DNA from: Vicugna vicugna
Taxonomy: Eukaryota
Length of the DNA: 64,000 nt
NCBI GenBank assembly: GCA_013265495.1
Contig: MU058009.1
Span: 2,931,780-2,995,779 of the forward strand
Direction of reading: 5' to 3'
Shown one piece after another: positions 51,205 through 62,150 of the stretch. Under the pieces are notes generated by a model. The model was not told the DNA's origin. It saw only the letters and a list, made by a program, of their open reading frames with translations, and made no database searches. Numbering within the stretch: position 1 is the first letter of the stretch; every line of letters begins with the position of its first letter. A program made the translations under genes and the position numbers.

Positions 51205-51295
51205 TTTTCCTTCTTTTAAAAAAAATGATATAGAGTTGATTTACAATATTATATTAGTTTCAGGTGTACAACACGGTGATTCAAAATTTTTGTAG
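51205..51295 (-). mobile_element. L1 3' terminus (very short)
   Basis: 'gatatagagttgatttacaatattatattagtttcaggtgtacaacacggtgattca'. Confidence 0.8.
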
Positions 51296-53139
51296 ACATG
51301 CCTTGGCTCCTTTGACCCGGTGCCGTCAGACTCAGGCCCAGGAACACCCCCTTGCTGTCTGCTGCTGCGTGCTGGCTAATTGCTGCAGTTCTTCCAGTGT
51401 GCAGCTTCTCTCCTTCCCTGCTGGACACAGCATATCCCCAGCTGGGTTCCTGAACTCTAGTCATTGTTCTAGCAACCAGGAGAGAGGGTGCGGTCAGCTT
51501 CAGGGGGCACCTCTGGCCTCGTGGGGGAGAGGAGACCGGCATCACTGAGGTGCGAGCTCTTAATGGGGAAGGGTGGCCGTCTCTGCAAGGCCTAAGGCTC
51601 TGGAAGGGCAGGAAGCCTTCCGGGACAACGTCTTCCATCAGGAAGGACCTGTTTTTGCAGGATCCCAGGTTTTGCCCACCAGGGATCTCCCTGTCGCGTA
51701 AGAGACCTGTGGCTGAGTGCTCAAATGTTTCTGAGCTCTGGGGCTCTGACAGTTAGCTGCATCTGTTATGCCACTGAGGGGTACAAGGGCCTCCCTTCAA
51801 GACCCTCTAGCTCACACATGAAGCCGTTAGTGGCCCTGGTCTCTGTCCCTTTGCAGGGCAACGCTGTGACTTAGCAGAAACTAGCCAACTTTGCTGTCTT
51901 GCTGAGCATTAGTCTTCCATATTTAAAAAATGCCGCAGCATTCCTCTCTCTGGGAACACTCCCCAGGGACCACTGGCCATATCTCCAGTGATCTGAGCTG
52001 TCATCCTGTGCCGGGGACCGTGTGTGCCTCACCTATCAGCAAGGATGGTGGTGGGCCGGGGTGGAGGGGTGGGATCCAGTCCCAAAGCCTTATCTTTTTC
52101 TTCTTGGACCACTCCTGGGGCTGCTTGTGTTAGCAGTGTCCTCAGAGGAGCGGTTGCCAAGAAGGATGAGAGAAAATGAGGGAGGAGCTGGGGAGGCCAG
52201 GGGAGGCTGGGGGAACAGCCAGCCTGTAATGTCGCTCTGTCCCCTGGCGAAGGGGGAGGGAAGTGGGGGAGGTTAGGTGGAAGCTTCTCAGTCCGCAGGA
52301 AGGCTCTAAGAGAGTTCAGCAGGACCCCAGGGGAACTTCCAGTCAAAGTAGCTTGTCAGAGGTGTCCCGTGTCTCCCAGGGGCAGCCCTGCTTACAGTCC
52401 CCGCCCTTTGCTGGGAACAGCCGGAGGGAAGCGTGGCCTCAGAGCGAAAGTAGGGATGGAGTTCAGAGAGGGCAGGTGGGGTTGTCGGTCAGTTATGCTC
52501 CCACCTCTGGAGACAGGAGAGGTGCGTTTCCGTGGTTCCCACAGGGACCATGCCATTCAGATCTCTGGAATCTCTCTTGTCCAGGTCAGAGGCTGGACTG
52601 GCACCACCTTCGTTGCTCTAGAGGTCCTAACACGGGGGTCGTGCCCTTGCCTCGGTCTTCATCCTGAGCCCCCAATGCTGTGTTGGCAGCCTGCTGTATC
52701 TGGTCTGTGCTGTCATTTGATTTGTTATAGACTGTGTTTTAATTTGAGAATTTTCACTGCGTAGGAAGCCTGGAGGTAAGAAATCGTTTTGTTTATATTC
52801 TTTCTAAAATCTGAATGCAAATCGATCAGTTTTGTCAAAGTTTGTCTCTTTGTGTAACTGCATGCAGAGCTAAAGAAGTCAAATCATGTTTTCAACATGT
52901 TGCCCAAGTTCACGAGTTCATTCTATATATTTTCAATCTTCCAAGTTACTGCTGGATGCAATTTTACCAAATATTTCACATCTGTGTAAAACAAGTTGCC
53001 ATTTTCCCAGCCTCCACCTACTGTCCAGTTTCAAAACCCAACGCCATATCTCTTCACTGTTTGTTGCAGCAGAACCCCGTTTCTGCCCCAGTAGGCAACA
53101 ATCTGGATGTCATTAAGTCACTGTCTCAGGAACAGTGCA

Positions 53140-53520
53140 TCACAGTCACACAATCTCACACAACAATGAGCATCGATTTAGCTCGTGCCTCTCTGAGTGA
53201 GCTGGCGCAGGCTGCGCCCTGTTGGGGCAGCTCTGCTCCGTGTGTCTCTCCTCCTTCTCTTGGGACCAGCGGGCCAGCGTGGCGGGTTCTTTCCAAGGTG
53301 ATGGCAGAGGCACAGGAGAACAGGTTCCATTGTAGAAACGCTTCTTAAGCCCTTGGTTACTTTGCACTTGCTACCCTTCCATTGGTCAGAAGGGGTCCCA
53401 CGGCTGTGCCCAAAGCCCAGGGGCAAGGATGTGTACTCCGCCCACGGAGATGCAGAGAGGACAGAGAAGCAGAATTTCTGAACAATGATCTCTCCCGCCA
53501 CGGGCGTAATTAATACCATC
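53140..53520 (-). mobile_element. MLT1 (H/I-like) MaLR LTR
   Basis: 'ctctgctccgtgtgtctctc...gggaccagcgggccagc...gatggcagaggcacaggag...ccattggtcaga...gcccaaagccc'. Confidence 0.65.
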
Positions 53521-56500
53521 TTTGTTGCAAGCCATGTTTCCGTTTTCTTGTTTAGAGGTCAATTTTGCTTTCAGAGATTTCTGCAGTAAAAGAAAGGAAG
53601 ATTTTCTACAACCTGAAGGCTAATTTTTATAAACACTTGTGAGGCTAACTTTCGACAACTTTTTGAGTCTCTATGAATAGACTAAGACTGAGGAAAAGAG
53701 GTGGTCTGCACATTCTGTGCCCGAGAAGAATGGTTTCCTTGTTACAGTTCCACCCGTGTTCCCGTTGCCTCTCAGGGCTCCGGGGAATGTCCTCGAGAAC
53801 TCTGGAACTCCGCCCAGCCCCTGAACGCCCCCGGAGCAGGTGCACAGGGCTTTCGTTCTGGTACACAGCGACTTCCTCTTTTTGAAAGCTATTGTTTATT
53901 GGCCGCTGACTCTGTGTCAAGTGCCATCGTCATCATGGCGCTGTGAGGTCGGCCTTATTACTGCCCTCACCATCATCATCTCTTCTGGACGTATGAGTGA
54001 TGTGCCTTAAATCTCCTGGCAAAGTAAGAGGAATTTGAGCTTGAGATTTGTCCTCTCTGACTCCAAAGTCAGGGCTTCTGTCCTAGTCGATCAGGGCTAC
54101 CTTTTCATTGGAATCCTGCCTCTGCCTCCTCGTCCATCAAAACAGGGACATCTCTACCACCCAGGAGGCTCTTAAGATCCCAGTGCAACCAACAGAAACT
54201 GCTAACTCAAAAGAACTTGACCACAGACCACGATCAGAGGTGTAAATGGTGTTGGGAGGTTAGCCTAACCTGAGGAGGTACGGTCAGCCGTGGACCGGCG
54301 GCCCAGCTTGCCAAGGGCACGTGCCCTGCGGCTCTGCTCTGTGCTGAGGAAGCGGCAGTGGCAGAGAGTCCCTCCCCGCCAGATGCTCCCTTTCCTCTCC
54401 TTTCTGACAGTAAGAGCTGCTTCAGCAGGCTCTGCTTCGCAGGGCGGGGCAGGGGGTCACAGGGGGAGAGGTGGTGAAGGATTTACTGTCCAGTGAACAA
54501 AGGCCAAGAGACTCCCTTCTGGAAGTGTTGTTCGGGGTCTCAGGCCGGCTGCACAGAGCAACCCGAGCAGAAGCCTCGGGACCACCCCGTTCTGGCACCG
54601 TGCTCTGTGCTGCCTTCCTCTTGACTCCGTGACCCTGCCCGCCGCGGGCTGCCCGCTGCCCCGCTCGGCATCACCGGCTGGCCTCTGTCTGGGCGGTAAA
54701 CTTTATAGCTCCATCTCCGAGGGATTTGTTCTCATTTCAGGGTTGGAAGCTCCTCACCTTCAAATTACACAGTTTCTGGAGAAGAATGAGATAATGGATC
54801 TGAAATTGCTGTGACAGAAAAGGGAGAAGAAAGAAGAGAGTACAAGGCACCCCCAGCATGGCGAGCCTCACGCCCAGTGGGCGTTCACAGACATAGAGGG
54901 AGCTGGACTGGCCAGAAAAAGTGGAGACGGAGAGGGGGCTTTCTAATTTAGAAGCAGCCCTTCCTGTGGGCGTGGATGAACTGGGGACCATTGGGAATCT
55001 GAGCTCATGATCCCCGAGAGCTGATAGCAGCTCATGGCAGCAAGCTCAGGGCCTTGCGGCTCCCTGCAAGGAAACTCAGGTACAGAAGCATCTCACAGGT
55101 TAGAAGTTCACCTAGAACCACCCTTCCCTGCTGCCCGCCTCTCTCCATCTGATGCTTCATCCTCTTTGACAATCAACTTGTCTTCTGCCCTCTGGTTGGA
55201 CACAGCCAATCACGCTAAACTCATTCTGTTCGAAGACAGAGCTTTCTCGCCTTGGGCAGGTCTACGCTGTTTCACCAACACCACCCTTCCTGATCCGCTG
55301 TGCTCCGTCTAGAAGAGGAGTTAAAGCCTTGTGAGCAGAGTCTGAACAATGTAAAGTACGTACTGAGAAGGGAGAGAGGAATTATAGCATTTCTCTGTGT
55401 GGAGAGAGTCGGAGGCAGAGGAGGGCAGAAGGCTACTGGGAGGAGATGCTCAGAGGATGCGGTCAGCCGGATGTGGGCTCTGAGACCCTGCATGGATGCA
55501 CGAGCCCCAGATGTCCTAACTGCTCTTTGAATAAATGGCAGCCCCCAGCAAGAGGCTGAATTTCCCCGCATGATGGTTTACACGGCCTTGCCTGGGCTCT
55601 GGAACAGTTAATCCCAATGCTCAGGAAGTCAGAAGTGATGGAGTAGAAGGGAGACCGAGAGGGGAGCAGTGGGGACAAGAGAGGAAGGAGGGAGAGGGGA
55701 AAACACAAAGGCAGGAAGTGATTCCCGGAGACTGAGTGCAGCACAGGGAGTGGCAGTGAGTGTGGGCAGACAGGGAGAAGGCGTGACCAATCAGAGATGC
55801 GAGGGCAGAGGAGGAGAGGGGGGTGACCGGAAGGCTGTCCAGGGCAGCGGCGTCTGTAGCAGTGCTGACATGGCTCCAGGTCCTCGGCTCCGAGCTCTAC
55901 GATGCTCTTCTTCTGGGCGACCTGGCTCATCCAGGAATAGACCCCCAGGCTGGCAGAGGGAGGTGGGGACATTTCTGATGTGCCTGACACGATCCCTGAG
56001 CACTCTTGGAAGACGGCTGCTGGCTGGGGGGCCTGGGGCAGAACTGCTGAGCAATGTCACTTGATGATCATGCCAGTCTTGCTGCGTGTCACCACCCTGG
56101 CCTCTCCTTGCTGTCACAGAGGTGGATGGTGGGCCGAAAGGTGGGCCCTCACCTCCCTAGCTGGAGCCCTGCAGTGACCATTCCTTCCAGCCCTGACGCC
56201 AGGCGGCGGGCGGTCCCACTGGGGACCTGGGAGGGGAGGGAAGGAGCACGGTGCACACGGGCAGGTGGGGCCCAGTTCTTGCCGCATCTGGATCCGCTTA
56301 TGAGATAGGAGAGAGATTCCAGGCTCACGTCCCCTTCCAGGGTTTGGGAAGAGAGACTGGGGCGGTCGTGTGGGTTATGGACCAGGGTGTCTTGGAACTG
56401 GGCCTGATGTGAAGTTTGTTTTTTCATTTTCATCAGTGAAACTGGTTTGCAAAAATGTTTCCTAAACTCTGAAGAGCTGTTTATTATTACCTCATCCTCA

Positions 56501-57369
56501 TTGTGAGCCATGGGGAACGTCCCCACTTTAAAGAAAGGAGACAAGTGCTGGAGTGGGTCCCAGGGTGGTGCAGTGAGACTCCAAACCCAGTGCTCCCTCC
56601 ACCGCAGTGTATGAGCAGCTGCTCTCTTGAAGACTCCGGACCGATTCGTCCTGGGCCTTTGGTGGCTGGAGGAGCAGGCAGGACGTGGCTTTCCCGCCCC
56701 TTGGAGGTCTGCCCACTTGACCTTTGGAGCTGCGTGGAGTAAAGGAAGAAAAGCATTCACTCTCCGTCTCCCACCTGCGAGAGGACAGCCACCAGGTGCT
56801 CAGTGCACGTCCAGCGTCTCACTCTTGCTGGGGCTTCTGTACCAAGGAAGGTACACTCTGGGCCCATTAAAAAGATCAGAGAAGACCCGCTTCTTACAGG
56901 AAACTCTGGGCCAGGGGAGAAACTCCGGCCCAGCGGCACGTTGCAGGCTGCTGTGGAGGGAATCTGGTTGTCTTGCAATAATCCTAGACTCTGCCCTGCC
57001 CAGCACGGCCACACAGCCAGGTCCCCGGAAACTTGGGTTGGTAGGGTCCCAGTCTAACCTTGAGGTTTTCACTTTGTGCAAGGACTGTAAGGTTTGTTGC
57101 AGGAGATAGAAACTGAAAACTAGTTCTGCCTCACAGTCTAGTAGATGGACCAGAAGTCATGGACCTGCAGTCACAGGTGTGCACAGGCGTGGAGGGAGAG
57201 GAGCAGACATGGTGCTGTGTGGGACAGAGGAGGGAGGCATGCTGGGCTGGAGAGAGAGAAATCAGGGAGAGCTTCCCAGGAGAGGTGGCGAGCAGGGAGC
57301 CATTTGGAATCTACACGGAGCTTCACAGTTTACACGACTTTTGCATACATTACTTTGCTGCACAAGGTT

Positions 57370-57920
57370 ATGGTAGCAAAGTTGGTGAAACACAGAAACA
57401 AACACTAGCCCACTGCTGAGTGTATAAATGCATACAATGTATAGAGAAGCAATCTGATGCTCTCAGAATTCAAAATTCTAGTTTATGCTGCAAACACACT
57501 GACATCTGTGGGCACATGGACGGGAACAAAAGACCCATTATCACAATGTTAGTAGCAGTAAAATCCTGAAAATAGCCCAAAGGTTCACCCCTCGAGATCA
57601 GATTGTGAATTATAGGACATCCATGGAATGGAACCCCATGCAGCCATTAAAAAGAATAAGGCAGCTCTGTATGTGTTGTTATTAAAGCTGTCTCCAAGAT
57701 GGAATGTTAAGGAAAACACAGAGCAAGGCAAAGTGTGGCAGGTACAGTGTATTCTCCTGCGTGTAACAATTGGGCTCACGTGTTTATAGAGGAACAAGAA
57801 ATTTCCAGAACGATATACGAAGTACTGTTAGCAGTGGTTGCTTCTGGGGAAGTAGGCTTGAGGGTCTGGGGTGGGAGTGGACTGTGAGAGCATTTTCAGT
57901 GATTGTGAAATGGACCGTAT
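57370..57920 (+). mobile_element. Old L1 (L1ME4-like) 3' region
   Basis: 'catgcagccattaaaaagaataaggcagctctgtatgtg...ctgttagcagtggttgcttctgggga'. Confidence 0.75.
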
Positions 57921-59699
57921 AGCTGGGAGGGTGCACTGAACACATGATATCTGAGAAGTAATTAGAAAGCATAGCAGACAACATGTTTTGTGTAATAAAT
58001 TCTTGCAGTCTGAATTTTATACCATTCACAGATAGGAATATGTTACTTTTCCAATTTAAAACAACCTCCACGCGGCAGACAAGAGCGTCTTCTCCCATCC
58101 CGTCTTCTCAGGACCAGCGGGGCAGGATGCTTGGCGGGAAGGCCTGGCGCATGAGCAGGGCCCGCGGGGAGAGGGGCAGCGCTGAAGGCTGCACGGAGGC
58201 CAGGGGGATGGGGCGGGAGCGGGGAGCCAGGCTTGGAGCTGCGCCGGGATTTCCAGGCCACTTATGGGGTTCGTTAGCTTTGGAGTACTTATCCAAGGTC
58301 TGGGGGAGTGATGGCATCCAAGCCTTACAGGGAGGAAGGAAAATCAAGCGCTCCGGTGGTCAGCTTGTCTGCCAGCCCGGCAGAGCAGCCCGAGCGAGGG
58401 CCGGGGAAGGGGCTGGTTTCCCTCTCAGCGAGGGCAGCGCCAGCTACCTGGGCTCCGCACTGACCCCGCTGGGGGCATCCTGTCCCCATTTTACAGGTGA
58501 GGAGACTAACTCTCAGGGCGAGCAGGTAACTTGCTCGAGGCCATGCGGCTGGTCCTTGGCAGGGGGTAATCGGACGCTGCGTCGGCCTGGTTATGAAGCC
58601 TGTGCAAGACTCTGCAGCCCCCCCCCCCCCCCCACTTTGTCTGACAGCCGCTAGTGGTCAGGTGGACAGTCCTGCGTGTCGCTCTGGGGGCTGCTGCTCC
58701 TCTCGTCTTCCTGGGGCGCTGGCCACAGCACTAGGACAGATGTGGAGCGAACACCAAGGTGGAAGTGCGTGACTCGGAGGCACCCGGCTCCCCCTGGTCC
58801 CTTCACCTGCCCTCCGTCGGTCACGGGGGCCTCCCCGAGCCTGAGAAAACAGCACGGCTGTGGAGCAGCATTTGAGAGCTGGGCCTCCCGGAGCACGGCC
58901 TTGGTGGGGTGGGCTTGGGAATCAGAGCCCTGGGCCCTCCCTGGCTTCTCTCTAACCTGTGGGCCTCGGAGCAGCCTTGGGCAGACCTCTGTGCCTGTGC
59001 CCAAGCTCTGCTGGGTATCTACTCAGACGCGGCTTCGAGGACAGCCTTGCTCCCGCTTCTGCCTCCACGAGTCACACCGGTTTTAATTCTGTCTTGCACA
59101 TCCCACTGATGAGCACCGTTTCCTGGTGTCTGACACAGACTCCATAGCAAAATTTGTCCAGAAATCTGCCAAAAAAAAAAAAAAATAGAGAAAGAAAGAA
59201 AAGAAAGGAAAGAAAAAAAGAAAGAGCAGATGCTGCAGGGTGGCCTGGGCTTGGCCCGCCCCCATTTGTGCAAAGGCAGAGTGATGCCAGCCATCCGCCG
59301 GAGTCTTTGCAGAACTGGTGACGAGCGTGGCTATTTTACAGTCTCCATCTGGCTGTGCGCTGGCTGAGACGGCGGGTGGGTTGGTTCTGGTGAAGCCACA
59401 GGCTGTGATAGAGGCCTGCAGGACTGCCTGCCTTTTCTGGGGGCTTGAGGGGAAGCGCCAATGCAATAATCCTGATTTATATCTCTAGCCAACCCCTGAG
59501 CACAGCCCCAGGCCCTGACAAAAGCAATTCTCCCTTGGACAGAAACGGCTGGGACGCCGGCCAGCTCGTGCCTGTACTGAGCATTCTTCGCCTCGACAGG
59601 ACGGAGCTGCATGAATATTTCACCTTCACGATCTTGGCCACAGCCGGGGGTTTGCAGAGCTGTCTAAATCCAGTTTATCAGCAAGAGTAAATGCCCTCA

Positions 59700-59945
59700 G
59701 ACTTAAAAAGTGGGAAACAGAACTTGGCTCCGTCGGGCCGATGATTTATGGAGGCGCAGCGAGGTGGGAACGGGCGAGGGGAGGGGAGGCGGGAAGACGA
59801 GGTCCGCGGGGCTCCGCTCACAGCCAATGAAAGAGCAGCGTGCACTGTCAGGGGAGATCAGATTCCGAGATACGTTCCCTCCCGTGAAGGACATGGCGTC
59901 TGGCATCCATCACATGGTGGGGACAGAGGAATTCTGCAGGTACTC
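59700..59945 (+). promoter_or_regulatory. Candidate internal promoter and short first exon
   Basis: CpG-rich; GTGGGAA at 59710 and 59764; TGATTTATGG 59742-59751; GC-box-like G-runs; AGCCAATGA 59822-59830; Kozak GACATGG at 59893; donor CAG|GTACTC at 59939/59940. Confidence 0.35.
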
Positions 59946-60319
59946 GGCTGCCTTTGGGGTGCTCGAGGTGTGGGATGGGCTTGAACGGGGCCCAGGGCTG
60001 GATCTGCAAGAACTGTGGCCTTCAGGTTGTGGATCCCGTCCCCTGGCTCCCGCAGGACCCACCGAGCCTAGCTTCCTGCAGCCTGGTGGGCCTTGTCCTT
60101 CCGTCCTCCTGCAGCTCCTGGAACTCCGTTCTGTCCGTAAATCATCTCAGCGTGAGGTCCACATAGTGTCCTCTCCCCCCACAGTGACTACTGTGTGGCC
60201 CAGTCGTATCAGTAGTCTTCCTTCTTGTCCGTTTTGCCCTGTGTTCTGTCTCGGTGGCATCTGAGTGCTCACCCCCACTTCCTGCAGGTAGAATCTCAAA
60301 GAATAGGCAGGTGCTTGAG

Positions 60320-60505
60320 ACCATGGGACCCGGAGTCAGACTGTCGGGGCCGGCATCCCTGCTCCTTCAGAGCTGTGTGATTTAGCTGAGTTTTCTTCCC
60401 CATGCCTTAGTTTTCTCACCTGTAATGTGGGGACAATGATTGTGCAGTTAAACCATTATTGGGAGAATTAAATGGAACAGTAACTTAGGGTCTGACACAT
60501 GGTTG
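60320..60505 (+). mobile_element. MIR SINE
   Basis: 'ggagtcagactg...agctgtgtgattt...gccttagttttctcacctgtaatgtggggacaatg'. Confidence 0.75.
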
Positions 60506-60532
60506 CTGTTCATTACACCATCTCATCGGAAT

Positions 60533-60575
60533 GACGATGGTGATGGTGACGGTGACGGTGACGGTGAGGGTGAAG
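60533..60575. repeat. (GAYGGT)n hexamer repeat
   Basis: gatggtgatggtgacggtgacggtgacggtgagggt. Confidence 0.85.
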
Positions 60576-60624
60576 ATGAGACAAGCATGGCTGTACAGTT
60601 GCTAAAATACTGTGAACAGGTGAC

Positions 60625-60862
60625 TTTTATTTTTATTTATTTATTTTTTAAGACTGAAGTACAGTCAGTTACAATGTGTCAGTTTCTGGTGCACAGTGCA
60701 GTGCCCCCGTTATGCATATACCTACACGCATTCGCTTTCATATTCTTTTTTATTAAAGGTTATTAGAAGGTATTGAATATAGTTTCCTGTGCTATACAGA
60801 AGGAATTTGTTTTTTAAAACCTATTTTTATATATAGTGGCTAACATTTGCAAATTTCAAACT
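60625..60862 (-). mobile_element. L1 3' end, camelid type
   Basis: 'actgaagtacagtcagttacaatgtgtcagtttctggtg...tattgaatatagtttcctgtgctatacagaag'. Confidence 0.88.
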
Positions 60863-60984
60863 GTTTTAAACTGCAAACCCTTTTGCAGGTTTTATAACTA
60901 ATATGTCCTTTGCTTTTTTTTTTTTTTTGTAGTTTTTGGATAATCAGCACCAGGGCCTCCTCTCAGCTGCTCCCTGGGCTCAGT

Positions 60985-61145
60985 GCAGTGAAAAGAACAG
61001 GCACTTTGGAGTCACACGGGCCTGGAAATGAACTGTAATCATGGGTAGATCACTTTATCCCTCGGAGCCTCAGTTTCCACATCTGTAAAATGGGAGCAAG
61101 GATGGTGACTTTAAGCGACTGTGGGTGGATTGGCTGAGATAACGT
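60985..61145 (+). mobile_element. MIR SINE
   Basis: 'gcagtgaaaagaacaggcactttggagtcac...gagcctcagtttccacatctgtaaaatggg'. Confidence 0.85.
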
Positions 61146-62009
61146 GTCCAGCTGGCAGACTACAGTAGAGACACGGTGAGCACCCTTGTACTAGTTTCCT
61201 GGCCCCTCCCTTGCTCCATAAGGTCTCGGCTCCATCTACCGAAATCCTCTTTCTTTCTCAGGATCTGTTTGAGACCTGCCTCTGCCAGAAATTCTCCCCC
61301 AGGTAAGTGTCCTTAATACCTTTCTAGCCTCAGGCTGCTGAGTTGGAGATGCCAGGTCACATCAGCCTGCAGGGCTGGAGTACCGTTGCCTAGGGTTTTG
61401 TAAGCTTGAGACTGATTTCCTTAGACCCACAGAATTTGCCCAGAAGATGTAATTCACTTCCCAGCTAGAATGAACCGCTCTTTGAAGGTGGTTTTCTGTC
61501 TCAGCCACATTGATGGGTCTTGCTCACGCAGAGCCCGACAAACGGTAGGCCCTTTAAGTGATTGCTGAGTGAAGGAAGGAGTGCACGATGCTCTAGGGAG
61601 GTGGAGGGGACCCTGTGCGATTCAGAGAGGAGCCCCTCCCTGCTCTGGAGAAAGCTTTTACCCAGCACCGGCCCGAAGTGATATTGGATCGGCTCAGGTC
61701 TCCAGAGTGTGGCTCTGTAAACAAGGGGGAAAAAACCCTTTCTGATCAGCCTGTTCTGTTTGGATTGGCAGAAGGTTTCCAGTTGGAATTAGAGCCTCGG
61801 ATGCGAATGTCAGAGTCATTCCACACGAGAGGAAGGATTGTTGGCTCAGCCTCTGACTTTGATGTGGAGCATCTGGGCCTGGGGGTGTGACTTCAAGACA
61901 GGAGCGAGGAAGGACACAGAGGGACCGCTTGCGTTTGAAACTCCCCAGCTCCTTCTCAGGTCACTCCTGTTGGCCGGGCATTCTGACTTGCCCAGTGTGG
62001 CCAGGGGTC

Positions 62010-62150
62010 AGGAAGAGCGGGTTCTAATCTGGGCTCTGTTACTGGCTAGCTGTGTGACCTTAGGCGGGTCGCTTTACCTTTCTGGGCTTCTGTTTCCCCA
62101 TCTGTAAAATGACAGGGTAGATTAGATAATATCTTCTCATTGTTCTGTGA
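62010..62150 (+). mobile_element. MIR SINE
   Basis: 'ctagctgtgtgaccttaggcgggtcgctttacctttctgggcttctgtttccccatctgtaaaatga'. Confidence 0.85.

Noticed and set aside
60503..60766. DGDGDG EF-hand-like motif ORF
   Set aside because: Translation of a GAYGGT simple repeat, continuing into an L1 tail
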